Below, in pieces: positions 17,280 through 25,559 of a stretch of 32,000 nucleotides of DNA. Position 1 is the stretch's first letter, and each line of letters starts with the position of its first letter. A program made the translations under genes and the position numbers. Under the pieces are notes generated by a model, which was not told the DNA's origin, made no database searches, and saw only the letters and a program-made list of their open reading frames with translations. The DNA lies in the NCBI GenBank assembly GCA_945928575.1, contig CAMENP010000013.1, positions 45,610 to 77,609 of the forward strand, read 5' to 3'. This stretch comes from an uncultured Butyrivibrio sp. (lineage in GTDB: Bacteria > Bacillota > Clostridia > Lachnospirales > Lachnospiraceae).

Positions 17280-17957
17280 ATGGACATGAAAGAGATTCTG
17301 GCAAAATGTGACCACACACTTCTTAAACAGACAGCCAGATGGAGTGAGATTAAGAAATTATGTGATGAGGGTATAGATAACGGATGCGCGTCAGTGTGTA
17401 TCCCGCCGTCTTATGTAAGGGATGTGGCAGATTATATCAGGGATAAGGAGACCAAGCTTAAGATTTGTACCGTCATAGGTTTCCCGAACGGTTATAATAC
17501 TACGAAGATCAAGGTTATGGAGACCGAGGATGCCATCCTTAACGGAGCGGATGAGATAGATATGGTGATTAATCTCGGTTGGGTCAAAGACCGCAGATAC
17601 GATGATATAGTGGAGGAAATTAAGGCTGTCAAGGAAGCATGCCACGGAAGAATATTGAAGGTTATTGTTGAGACATGTCTCCTTTCACAGGAAGAGAAGA
17701 TTCAGATGTGCAAAGTCGTGACAAAGTCAGGCGCTGATTATATCAAGACATCAACGGGATTTTCCACAGAAGGTGCCACACCTCAGGATATAGCACTTTT
17801 TAAGGCTAATGTCGGCAAAGACGTAAAGATTAAAGCGGCAGGAGGAATTTCATCACTTGAGGATGCAGACCTTATGTTAAAGCTTGGTGCATCAAGGCTC
17901 GGAACCAGCCGTATAGTTGCACTGTTTAAGAAATTGAAATCGGAGAAGCCGGAATAG
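17280..17957 (+). CDS. deoC: Deoxyribose-phosphate aldolase
   Basis: 'CDHTLLK', 'DMVINLG' and '[11 protein letters not shown]' (Schiff-base lysine context). Length 225 aa, with AGGAGG upstream. Confidence 0.9.
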   Translation: MDMKEILAKCDHTLLKQTARWSEIKKLCDEGIDNGCASVCIPPSYVRDVADYIRDKETKLKICTVIGFPNGYNTTKIKVMETEDAILNGADEIDMVINLGWVKDRRYDDIVEEIKAVKEACHGRILKVIVETCLLSQEEKIQMCKVVTKSGADYIKTSTGFSTEGATPQDIALFKANVGKDVKIKAAGGISSLEDADLMLKLGASRLGTSRIVALFKKLKSEKPE

Positions 17958-17995
17958 AAACATAATGCCCGCCTTATGGCGGGCATTATGTTTCT
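17956..17995. terminator. Bidirectional terminator (perfect 18-bp stem)
   Basis: AGAAACATAATGCCCGCC-TTAT-GGCGGGCATTATGTTTCT. It overlaps the stop codons of both convergent genes. Confidence 0.85.
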
Positions 17996-18698
17996 ACAAT
18001 TCTTTCAGAACTTCAGGGTCAAATCTGTATTTTCTGTAATTCTTACCCTTAATATATAACTTGAGTTTATTCTTATGGGCTGCCAGGTAAGCATTCGGAT
18101 TATCATATATATCGTTTAATACATAATCGTGTTTGCGCCTGCCGTGGAAATCCTCGTAGTGGCAATATAATACGAAAGGATGCCTGCCGTCCTCATCCGT
18201 GACGGATGTCTCGTAAACAACCCTGTCCACATCAACATAGATGTATTTGCCACCTTCCACAATCATATCCACATCGCCCATGACATTGTGACGTATGATC
18301 AATCCGGCAAGTCCCGCAAGGAAAAATACGGCACCGGATATCGTAAAAATAAGAGCAATCTGAGAGCTTATGGCATAATTGATCGGAGTTTCGTAATCTT
18401 CTTTATCGAGGTATACGGTTATGTGGTCTCCGACGGAAGGTGTGTTGAAAGCATAGAGCTCTTTATTTTTAAATTCAATTCCGTCATAAGTGTAATCCAC
18501 AAGCACTGAATCACCGACACTTGTAACCACGGCATCGGTTTTAAGATGCGTGCGTTTGCCGTTAGCAACCCCTATGTGACAGAAAGTGGCAATTCCGAGT
18601 CCGATAATTCCAACCATAAGGCAGAATATGAAAGAACCCTTGGGTATGATCCTTGCCTTCTCTTTCTGAATGTTATTGTCCCGGGTATTGGTATCCAT
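17994..18698 (-). CDS. Hypothetical membrane protein, DUF3592-like N-terminal module plus uncharacterised cytoplasmic C-terminal domain
   Basis: The layout is TM helix, about 85 aa of beta-rich segment, TM helix ('QIALIFTISGAVFFLAGLAGLII'), then about 100 aa of soluble tail. AGGAG lies 10 nt upstream of the ATG, inside the upstream gene. The overlap with that gene is 26 nt. Confidence 0.6.
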   Translation of the reverse strand: MDTNTRDNNIQKEKARIIPKGSFIFCLMVGIIGLGIATFCHIGVANGKRTHLKTDAVVTSVGDSVLVDYTYDGIEFKNKELYAFNTPSVGDHITVYLDKEDYETPINYAISSQIALIFTISGAVFFLAGLAGLIIRHNVMGDVDMIVEGGKYIYVDVDRVVYETSVTDEDGRHPFVLYCHYEDFHGRRKHDYVLNDIYDNPNAYLAAHKNKLKLYIKGKNYRKYRFDPEVLKEL

Positions 18699-20211
18699 AA
18701 TAATAAATCTCCTGTTCCGACAACCTCACGGAAGTCTTATTGTAATATAATGCAAGATGCGCGTTCTTCCAGTCGGCGGCATCCGTGGTGATATCTGTAT
18801 GATATATCGGCGACGGGTAATACAGAAGCTGCGGAAGTATCGCGTTCGGGTCATCCGAGGAAGCAAGATACCCGGCACGCGTCGTAAGTGCCGAATCGTA
18901 ATATTCGGCCTCGCCGTCTATAACGGAATAAACAGCATCCAGGCTCAGAGGAAGTCCGCTGAAATATGCCGAGCCGTCATCAGCCTCTTCAACACTTATA
19001 AGTCCGGCACATCCCGCGGTGAACATGATAACCGAAATGCCGAAAACGGCGGTAAATCTGCGCGGAATTTCACAGACAGAGGATAATCCCCTGACAAACG
19101 CAGTGTTCCCAAAACGTTCATGAACCCAGCCCATCAGATATATAAGTGATATTGTCATAAAACCGTAATAAGCAAAATAAATAATATTCATCATGCGATA
19201 TGGCATATGAATTCCCTGCGCATAGAAAACCGGTGTGCCCTGTGCGCAATATACACAATAGAAGAATATGATCGCAGCGGCCGGAAAGCGGAATTTAAGA
19301 CCGCTTGAAACGGCAATACGGTAAAAAACGGGAAGCAGTGCTATCCACATAACGGCAACAGGAAAAGTGGTTGAATCCGCGATATTATATGCTCCGTATG
19401 CAAAGGAGTAAATCAATGCTTTGAGAACGCCGGGACCGGCGCCGACTGAAGCCTGACGTATGGCGTTGCCCGGAGCCATAACGCTGATTCCCAATGCCGC
19501 AAGCGAAAAGGCGGTAATAACAGCAAGAACTATAAAAGACTTATCCTTGTGCTTTATCTGCCATGCCGTAAGCAGTACCAGGATTATCGAGGTAAAAAGC
19601 GCCGTCGCATAATTGCCGCCTCCGATTATGAAAGCCAGAGGAATCGATAATACGGAACAAATTATGCGGGCTGCGCGGTTCTCTGATTTGATAATGGTAA
19701 TCACCGATGTGAACAAAAATAGCATCAGTGAAAAGAAAAATGTATAATAAATAGCACCGTTATACCAGTAAAACGAATCAGACGGTTTGTAAGTAAACTG
19801 TAATGCGGCAAATGTTAACGTAGTGCCGACAGCAACTGAAGCTGTCCGTCCGGCTTTAAACCAGCGGCGCAGAAGTGTATATATAAATAAAAACATTGAT
19901 GCAACAAAAGCCGTGATGAGAATGACGGGTGCAATTACATAATATTGTTCCCCGAAAATCCCCGGCTGCAGGCGCATAAGAAATATGGCGGCAAAATTGC
20001 CCTGCCAGTCGTTATATGTATCTTTCATTAAATCATAAGACTGTGAAATTACCGCACCTGCCGAATGTGTATTCTGCCATACTGCCGATGTCTCGACGCC
20101 GTAATAATAGTCATCGACACTTGGGTGAGCGTACCGTCCGACATAGTAAACAGGAATCAGCGACAGAAGCAGAACTGCTGTTAAAATAATGTTAATCGTT
20201 TTTTTCTTCAT
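18673..20211 (-). CDS. Polytopic membrane protein, GT-C-fold glycosyltransferase-like (GtrC/YfhO-type role inferred)
   Basis: 512 aa with about 12-13 hydrophobic helices by eye. An acidic/aromatic loop 'HPSVDDYYY' follows TM1, and about 130 aa of C-terminal extracytoplasmic-looking tail follows the last TM. It is divergent from a GtrB-like GT2 gene. I could not confirm any family match. Confidence 0.55.
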   Translation of the reverse strand: MKKKTINIILTAVLLLSLIPVYYVGRYAHPSVDDYYYGVETSAVWQNTHSAGAVISQSYDLMKDTYNDWQGNFAAIFLMRLQPGIFGEQYYVIAPVILITAFVASMFLFIYTLLRRWFKAGRTASVAVGTTLTFAALQFTYKPSDSFYWYNGAIYYTFFFSLMLFLFTSVITIIKSENRAARIICSVLSIPLAFIIGGGNYATALFTSIILVLLTAWQIKHKDKSFIVLAVITAFSLAALGISVMAPGNAIRQASVGAGPGVLKALIYSFAYGAYNIADSTTFPVAVMWIALLPVFYRIAVSSGLKFRFPAAAIIFFYCVYCAQGTPVFYAQGIHMPYRMMNIIYFAYYGFMTISLIYLMGWVHERFGNTAFVRGLSSVCEIPRRFTAVFGISVIMFTAGCAGLISVEEADDGSAYFSGLPLSLDAVYSVIDGEAEYYDSALTTRAGYLASSDDPNAILPQLLYYPSPIYHTDITTDAADWKNAHLALYYNKTSVRLSEQEIYYYGYQYPGQ

Positions 20212-20306
20212 AATAAATTAATAATATCATTGAACAACTTGAATTGCAATTAAGAAAGTAATGTGATAATCTTAAATTATTATAAAGAATTCAGGCGGGG
20301 CGTTAC

Positions 20307-21296
20307 ATGAATAAAAAATTATATCTTGTTATACCATGTTACAACGAAGAAGAAGTTCTTCCGGACACGGCGGCCAAGTTAAAAAATAAAATGAACGACA
20401 TGATCGCAAGAGGCGTGATATCACCGGAGAGCAGGATCATAATGGTTAATGACGGCTCAATGGACCTTACATGGAGGATAATAGAGAAGCTTCATGAGGA
20501 GGACAGTCTTTTTGGCGGCATAAATCTTACACGCAACAGGGGACATCAGAATGCGTTGCTTGGCGGATTGATGACCGTTAAGGATGATGCGGATATGACG
20601 ATCAGTCTCGACGCGGATCTCCAGGATGATATAGAGGTCCTTGAGACGATGGTCATGAAATATTACGATGGATATGATGTTGTATATGGGGTCAGGAACG
20701 ACAGGAAGAAAGATTCTTTTTTCAAAAGATTTACCGCACAGACTTTTTACAAGATAACGAAAAATCTCGGCGGCGAACTGATATATAACCATGCGGATTT
20801 CAGGCTGATGAGCCGCAGGGCACTCGAGGGACTGGCACAGTTTAGGGAGGTTAATTTGTTCTTAAGGGGAATTGTTCCGTTGATCGGCTATCCGTCTGCA
20901 ATAGTTGAATATGAACGTAAGGAAAGACTTGCCGGTAAGAGCAAATATCCTTTGAGCAAGATGATGAGCCTTGCGATTGAAGGAATAACTTCACTGAGTG
21001 TGAAGCCGATAAGAATAGTGACTTTTCTCGGAATAGCTGTTTTCATAGGAAGCATAATCATGCTTATTTATGTACTGGTAAGTTATTTTAGCGGCCATGT
21101 GGTTGCCGGTTGGTCAAGCATTCTTGTTTCGGTATGGGTGCTTGGAGGAATCCTGCTTATCGCCATGGGCATAGTAGGCGAATATATAGGCAAAATATAT
21201 CTGGAGACCAAGAGCAGGCCGCGTTATATAATCGAGCAATATCTTAATGACACCGGCTTCAGAACTGAGCCTGGACAGGAGTCGTCGAAGCAGTAA
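20307..21296 (+). CDS. Family 2 glycosyltransferase, GtrB/CsbB-like polyprenyl-phosphate sugar synthase
   Basis: 'LYLVIPCYNEEEVL', the DxD motif 'SLDADLQDD' and two C-terminal TM helices followed by 'RPRYII' are typical of the bactoprenol glycosyltransferase subgroup. Confidence 0.85.
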   Translation: MNKKLYLVIPCYNEEEVLPDTAAKLKNKMNDMIARGVISPESRIIMVNDGSMDLTWRIIEKLHEEDSLFGGINLTRNRGHQNALLGGLMTVKDDADMTISLDADLQDDIEVLETMVMKYYDGYDVVYGVRNDRKKDSFFKRFTAQTFYKITKNLGGELIYNHADFRLMSRRALEGLAQFREVNLFLRGIVPLIGYPSAIVEYERKERLAGKSKYPLSKMMSLAIEGITSLSVKPIRIVTFLGIAVFIGSIIMLIYVLVSYFSGHVVAGWSSILVSVWVLGGILLIAMGIVGEYIGKIYLETKSRPRYIIEQYLNDTGFRTEPGQESSKQ

Positions 21297-22194
21297 TAGG
21301 AACAATAAGGCAGTTCATCTCATTGATAAGAGTATCCAATATTGAAGGCAGTGCGGCAACGGTTTCATCGTGGCCGCTTCCGTCATGCATAAGCACGACA
21401 CTGACGTCTTTGTTCGTGACACCGTTAATGACATTCTGATATACCTTATCGCGTGTGATATTGCCGCTTCCGTCGCCGGAGCTTACGTTCCAGTCATAGT
21501 AAGTCATGCCGAGTGATTCGATATAAGGAATGTAATCGCTTTTCATCCTTGAATCGGCAAAGCTTGTGGCGGATCCTCCCGGGAAACGCCAGAACTGCGG
21601 CGCACGTCCGGTAAGTTCGGTAACATAGTTGTACATATGGTCGGCATCGGCCTTGAATGCGTCAAATGATTCATAGATATTGGCGCGTGAGTGTGTAAAT
21701 GAATGTATTCCGAGTGTGTGCCCCCGCGATATGATATCATTATATTCTGTGCGGGCAAAGTCTTCCGACGGGGAATAACTGCCTACGACGAAGAAAGTAG
21801 CTTTAACGTTATACTTATCAAGCGTGTCAAGCACGGTCGGAGTAAGCGTTCCCGAACCGTCATCGAATGTAAGATACACTATCTTGCGCCCGGAGGCCTG
21901 AGCTTCGGTTACAAGAGCACTGTAATAAGCATCACGCTCAGCTTCACTGTCCGCAACAGTGGTCGGTTCCGGCTCTGCAGCGGTTGTTTCCGGTACATTG
22001 GCAGAGGATTCTGTTTCGGAAGCGGTGGAAACGGCTGTGCTCACGGTTTCTGCGGATGACTGCGTGGCAGCATCGGTTTTATTATATGTTCTGCTTTGGT
22101 TCAGCAGTACTGTCAATGTTGCGATAAGCAGTATGAGAACCACGGACAGAATTATTATGATTGAAATTTGTTTTTTATTATCTGTTCTGTTCAT
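21259..22194 (-). CDS. Membrane-anchored polysaccharide deacetylase (NodB homology domain)
   Basis: An N-terminal TM anchor 'ISIIIILSVVLILLIATLTVLL', a Ser/Thr/Ala/Glu-rich linker, then NodB motifs 'VYLTFDDGSG', 'HSFTH' and 'VVLMHD'. Confidence 0.85.
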   Translation of the reverse strand: MNRTDNKKQISIIIILSVVLILLIATLTVLLNQSRTYNKTDAATQSSAETVSTAVSTASETESSANVPETTAAEPEPTTVADSEAERDAYYSALVTEAQASGRKIVYLTFDDGSGTLTPTVLDTLDKYNVKATFFVVGSYSPSEDFARTEYNDIISRGHTLGIHSFTHSRANIYESFDAFKADADHMYNYVTELTGRAPQFWRFPGGSATSFADSRMKSDYIPYIESLGMTYYDWNVSSGDGSGNITRDKVYQNVINGVTNKDVSVVLMHDGSGHDETVAALPSILDTLINEMNCLIVPITASTTPVQAQF

Positions 22195-22262
22195 GGTTCA
22201 ATAATATAATTGAATCCGGGCAGTGTCAAATGAAAATATTTAAATAGCAAAGAGGTAAAATT

Positions 22263-22850
22263 ATGGACAAATCAAGAATGGACAAGCAGTATGATTTTTT
22301 GCGCGAAATAGATAAGGAAAAAAGTATTTTCCGCCAGACATATTTAGCTGACGGCAGCCGCAAGGAAAACGATGCGGAACATTCGTGGCATCTTGCGATG
22401 ATGGCGATGCTTATGAGTGAGTATGCTAACGAACCGGTTGACAGACTTCATGTAATGGAAATGGTGCTGATTCATGATCTTATTGAGATTGATGCCGGTG
22501 ATACATACGCATATGATACGGCCGGCAATAAGACCAAAAGGGAGCGTGAACTTAAAGCGGCTGACAGGCTTTTTAACATTCTGCCAAAGGATCAGGCTGA
22601 CAGATTGCGCGGACTGTGGGATGAATTTGAAGAAAATACAACACCCGAAGCAAGATTCGCCAACAGCCTTGACAAGATGCAGCCTTTAATGTTAAACGAT
22701 GCCTCGGGCGGTAAGAGCTGGACGGAACACGACGTGCATAACTCCCAGGTTTACAAACGCAATGAGCGGACGCACGAAGGTTCCGAAGCTATGTGGAAGT
22801 ATTCAGATGAGCATTTTATTAAGCCTAACATAGGCAAAAATCTCAAATAA
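22263..22850 (+). CDS. HD-domain phosphohydrolase (YfbR-like 5'-nucleotidase type)
   Basis: 'NDAEHSWHLAMMA' ... 'LIHDLIEIDAGD' ... 'ANSLDKMQP' gives the H..HD..D metal-ligand pattern. Length 195 aa. Confidence 0.8.
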   Translation: MDKSRMDKQYDFLREIDKEKSIFRQTYLADGSRKENDAEHSWHLAMMAMLMSEYANEPVDRLHVMEMVLIHDLIEIDAGDTYAYDTAGNKTKRERELKAADRLFNILPKDQADRLRGLWDEFEENTTPEARFANSLDKMQPLMLNDASGGKSWTEHDVHNSQVYKRNERTHEGSEAMWKYSDEHFIKPNIGKNLK

Positions 22851-22855
22851 TACAA

Positions 22856-23332
22856 TCAAGACTCGTTGACCATCTTGCCGGTTATGTGTTCCGGTGTAAG
22901 GCACAGACAGAGAACGGATGGAGCGGAATGTGTTAACTCGCGGTCAATGTATTCCTTGCTGTCGGTAAATTTGTGGCAGAGATTGGTACACGCGTTAATA
23001 GTAACGGCGTCATCTGTTACCGGCTTTATGCGGCCGAATACTATGACGCTTCTTATATTAAGCGCCCATTCGCCTTCATTGCGGTATCCTTCGTCATACA
23101 CGCAGAAAGAAACTTTGTCACAAGCCTTGATCGCATCTATTTTGTGGCCTTCTTTGGCGCCGTGGAAATAAATACAGCCGTTTGACTCATCATACCAGTA
23201 ATCGATCGGCACACCGTACGGATAACCGTCATCTCCGATTACGGAAAGAACGCCACGCACTTCTTTTTTCAGAATATCAATGCACTCCGGCAATTCAAGT
23301 TCCTGTTTGTATCTTCTCATTTTACGAAACAT
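22856..23332 (-). CDS. Pyridoxamine-5'-phosphate-oxidase-fold FMN-binding protein (Nim-like)
   Basis: I chose the start at 'MFRKMRRYKQELELPECIDILKKEVRGVLSV' (CAGGAGG upstream). It has the split-barrel flavoprotein look and is 158 aa. Confidence 0.7.
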   Translation of the reverse strand: MFRKMRRYKQELELPECIDILKKEVRGVLSVIGDDGYPYGVPIDYWYDESNGCIYFHGAKEGHKIDAIKACDKVSFCVYDEGYRNEGEWALNIRSVIVFGRIKPVTDDAVTINACTNLCHKFTDSKEYIDRELTHSAPSVLCLCLTPEHITGKMVNES

Positions 23333-23452
23333 ATTGGGACCTCCTGTTGTGTGATATGTTAATATTGTATTAAATTCTATCACAATATTATTAGATTTCA
23401 ACATAAAAAAATGTTAAAATCGCTTATATTTATTAAGATATGTGAGGAAATT

Positions 23453-24640
23453 ATGAAAGAAAATTATACAAAGACAATTTATGCGTGTTTTATAGGATAC
23501 ATCATTCAGGCGGTGGTAAACAGTTTCGTGCCGCTTCTGTTCGTGACCTTCCGGAAGACTTACGACATACCGTTATCACAAATTACACTTCTGATAACGG
23601 TTAATTTCGTTGTCCAGCTGTTAATCGACTTATTATCCGCCGGGTTTGTGGACAAAATAGGATACAGGGCGTCCATGATAATCGCTCATATTTTTGCGGC
23701 AGCAGGTCTTGGGATGTTGACATTCATGCCGGATATCTGTTCAAATTCGTTCGCCGGACTTCTGGCTTCGGTAATAGTGTATGCGGTAGGCGGCGGCCTT
23801 TTAGAGGTTCTGGTGAGCCCGGTTGTTGAGGCCTGTCCGACTGACAATAAAGAGAAAACAATGAGCCTTTTGCACTCGTTTTACTGCTGGGGCTGTACTG
23901 GCGTGGTTCTTTTGTCCACGGTGTTTTTTGCGATTTTCGGAATCCGTAACTGGAAAATAATGACACTCATCTGGATGCTGCTTCCGATAGCCAATATGAT
24001 ATTGTTTACGCGTGTTCCGATTTACAGTCTTCAGGAGGATGGCGTCAAGGGTATGTCGCTTGGCGAGCTTTTTAAGGAAAAAATCTTCTGGATGCTGATG
24101 ATAATGATGTTGTGTGCCGGCGCATCCGAGCAGGCGGTAAGCCAGTGGGCATCGACTTTTGCGGAGCAGGGACTTGGAATTACCAAGACGGTCGGTGACC
24201 TTGTCGGCCCAATGATGTTCTCAATCCTTATGGGTACTTCAAGACTTCTTTACGGAAAATTCGGTGACAGGATGAATCTTGACCGGTTTATGAAGTTAAG
24301 CTGTGCGTTGTGCGTGGCGGCTTATCTTTGCATATCGCTTGTGCCTAACCCGGTCGTGCAGCTGATCGGGTGCGGAATATGCGGTTTTTCGGTCGGAATC
24401 ATGTGGCCGGGAACTTTCAGCCGTGCTTCGGCATCGCTTAAACGCGGTGGCACAGCACTTTTTGCGATGTTGGCGCTTGCGGGCGACATGGGATGCTCCG
24501 GCGGCCCGACACTTGTGGGAATGATATCGAGCGCGGCAGGCGGTAATATGCAGACCGGTATCCTCGCCGGAGTGATATTCCCGGTGGTACTGCTCGCCGG
24601 ACTGGTATTCGGGGGAAAGAAGCGTATAAGAACGAAATAG
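23453..24640 (+). CDS. MFS transporter
   Basis: About 12 TM helices in a 6+6 arrangement with a central loop. I chose the ATG at 23453 (GAGGAAA upstream) over the track start at 23411. Confidence 0.8.
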   Translation: MKENYTKTIYACFIGYIIQAVVNSFVPLLFVTFRKTYDIPLSQITLLITVNFVVQLLIDLLSAGFVDKIGYRASMIIAHIFAAAGLGMLTFMPDICSNSFAGLLASVIVYAVGGGLLEVLVSPVVEACPTDNKEKTMSLLHSFYCWGCTGVVLLSTVFFAIFGIRNWKIMTLIWMLLPIANMILFTRVPIYSLQEDGVKGMSLGELFKEKIFWMLMIMMLCAGASEQAVSQWASTFAEQGLGITKTVGDLVGPMMFSILMGTSRLLYGKFGDRMNLDRFMKLSCALCVAAYLCISLVPNPVVQLIGCGICGFSVGIMWPGTFSRASASLKRGGTALFAMLALAGDMGCSGGPTLVGMISSAAGGNMQTGILAGVIFPVVLLAGLVFGGKKRIRTK

Positions 24641-24710
24641 TGAATGATTGATTGTACTGTAAGTGGTTGTGTGATATGATAAAAAGAGAATTGGTAAGGA
24701 GGGATGGAGA

Positions 24711-24950
24711 TTGAAGGCGGATGAAAAAATTAAAAATACCAATGAACTGGAGTTCGCTGTATTTTGTATTGAAAATGTAGCGGCAAAACTGGGTGTGGAT
24801 GCAGAACGTGTCTATCAGGCATTTACTGAACAAAGTGATATTTTGAACGGTTACATTGTACCGGAATATGAAGTGCTGCATACCCAGAGCCGGGAATATA
24901 TTGTTGATGACCTTCTTGATGTGATGGAAGAAAGGGGTGTGGAAGTATGA
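24711..24950 (+). CDS. DUF3791-like small protein (first of two)
   Basis: A TTG start lies 8 nt after AAGGAGGG. 'LEFAVFCIENVAAKLGVDAERVYQAFTEQSDILNGYIVPEYEVLHTQSREYIVDDL' matches my recollection of the DUF3791 pattern (...F.v.cIE.......g....v........l...i....e.lHt.....iv.di). Confidence 0.65.
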   Translation: MKADEKIKNTNELEFAVFCIENVAAKLGVDAERVYQAFTEQSDILNGYIVPEYEVLHTQSREYIVDDLLDVMEERGVEV

Positions 24951-25297
24951 TTCTTTATCATGGTTCTTTCTTAGAGATTGTAAAGCCGGATTTATTTCAT
25001 TCCCGCCCCAATGTAGATTTTGGGCGTGGCTTCTATGTCACGCCGCTGCATGAACAGGCGGCGAAGTGGTGCGGCAAGTTCAAACATCGTGGAAAAGACT
25101 CGACGGATTACGACCTTGTTATAGGCGGTGTTGCTAATGATAAGGTGTTCAATACTGTGGAGCTGTTCTTTGACGGACTGATTGATAAAACGGAAGCGCT
25201 CAACCGCCTGCGTTATGAAAAGCCGAACCTGCAGATATGTTTCCGTACAGAGAAAGCATTGTCTCTGTTGCATTTTGAAGGGAGTGAAACACTATGA
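24947..25297 (+). CDS. DUF3990-like protein (putative ART-fold), unusually short variant
   Basis: 'MILYHGSFLEIVKPDLFHSRPNVDFGRGFYVTPLHEQAAKW' and 'YDLVIGGVANDKVF...LQICFRTEKA' resemble DUF3990 N- and C-terminal blocks. ATGA overlaps join it to both neighbours, and AAAGGGG lies 9 nt upstream. Confidence 0.65.
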   Translation: MILYHGSFLEIVKPDLFHSRPNVDFGRGFYVTPLHEQAAKWCGKFKHRGKDSTDYDLVIGGVANDKVFNTVELFFDGLIDKTEALNRLRYEKPNLQICFRTEKALSLLHFEGSETL

Positions 25298-25515
25298 CAT
25301 CGAACCCGATTTTGCTTCAGAAAAAATATAGCCGTGTTATTGAGTACTTTGCCAAACAGCAGGGACTTTCATTGGATGCGGCATTGGATTTCTTTTATCA
25401 TTCCCAGGTTTATCAACTGATTCGTGACGGCGTTTCCGATATGCATTGCATGAGTGACTTGTATCTTGCGGAGGAATTAAGACAGGAGTATGCAGAGAAA
25501 ATGATGAAATTATAA
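25294..25515 (+). CDS. DUF3791-like small protein (second of two)
   Basis: 73 aa, 'YSRVIEYFAKQQGLSLDAALDFFYHSQVYQLIRDGVSDMHCMSDLYLAEEL'. GAAGGGAG lies 9 nt upstream, and its start overlaps the stop of the preceding gene (ATGA). Confidence 0.6.
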   Translation: MTSNPILLQKKYSRVIEYFAKQQGLSLDAALDFFYHSQVYQLIRDGVSDMHCMSDLYLAEELRQEYAEKMMKL

Positions 25516-25519
25516 AGGG

Positions 25520-25548
25520 TTGACTATGCCAGCCCATTGTGCTACCAT
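25520..25548 (+). promoter_or_regulatory. Promoter candidate for the T-box leader and metG
   Basis: TTGACT (25520-25525), a 17-nt spacer ending in TGc, then TACCAT (25543-25548). It starts 5 bp after the cassette stop codon. Confidence 0.4.
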
Positions 25549-25559
25549 TTTGTCATAAA

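Noticed and set aside
24641-24694. Promoter for the DUF3791/DUF3990 cassette (TTGATT at 24648-24653)
   Set aside because: No acceptable -10 lies at a 16-18 nt spacing; the nearest TATGAT is 21 nt away. The cassette may instead be co-transcribed with the MFS gene, since no terminator follows 24640. I did not call a promoter.
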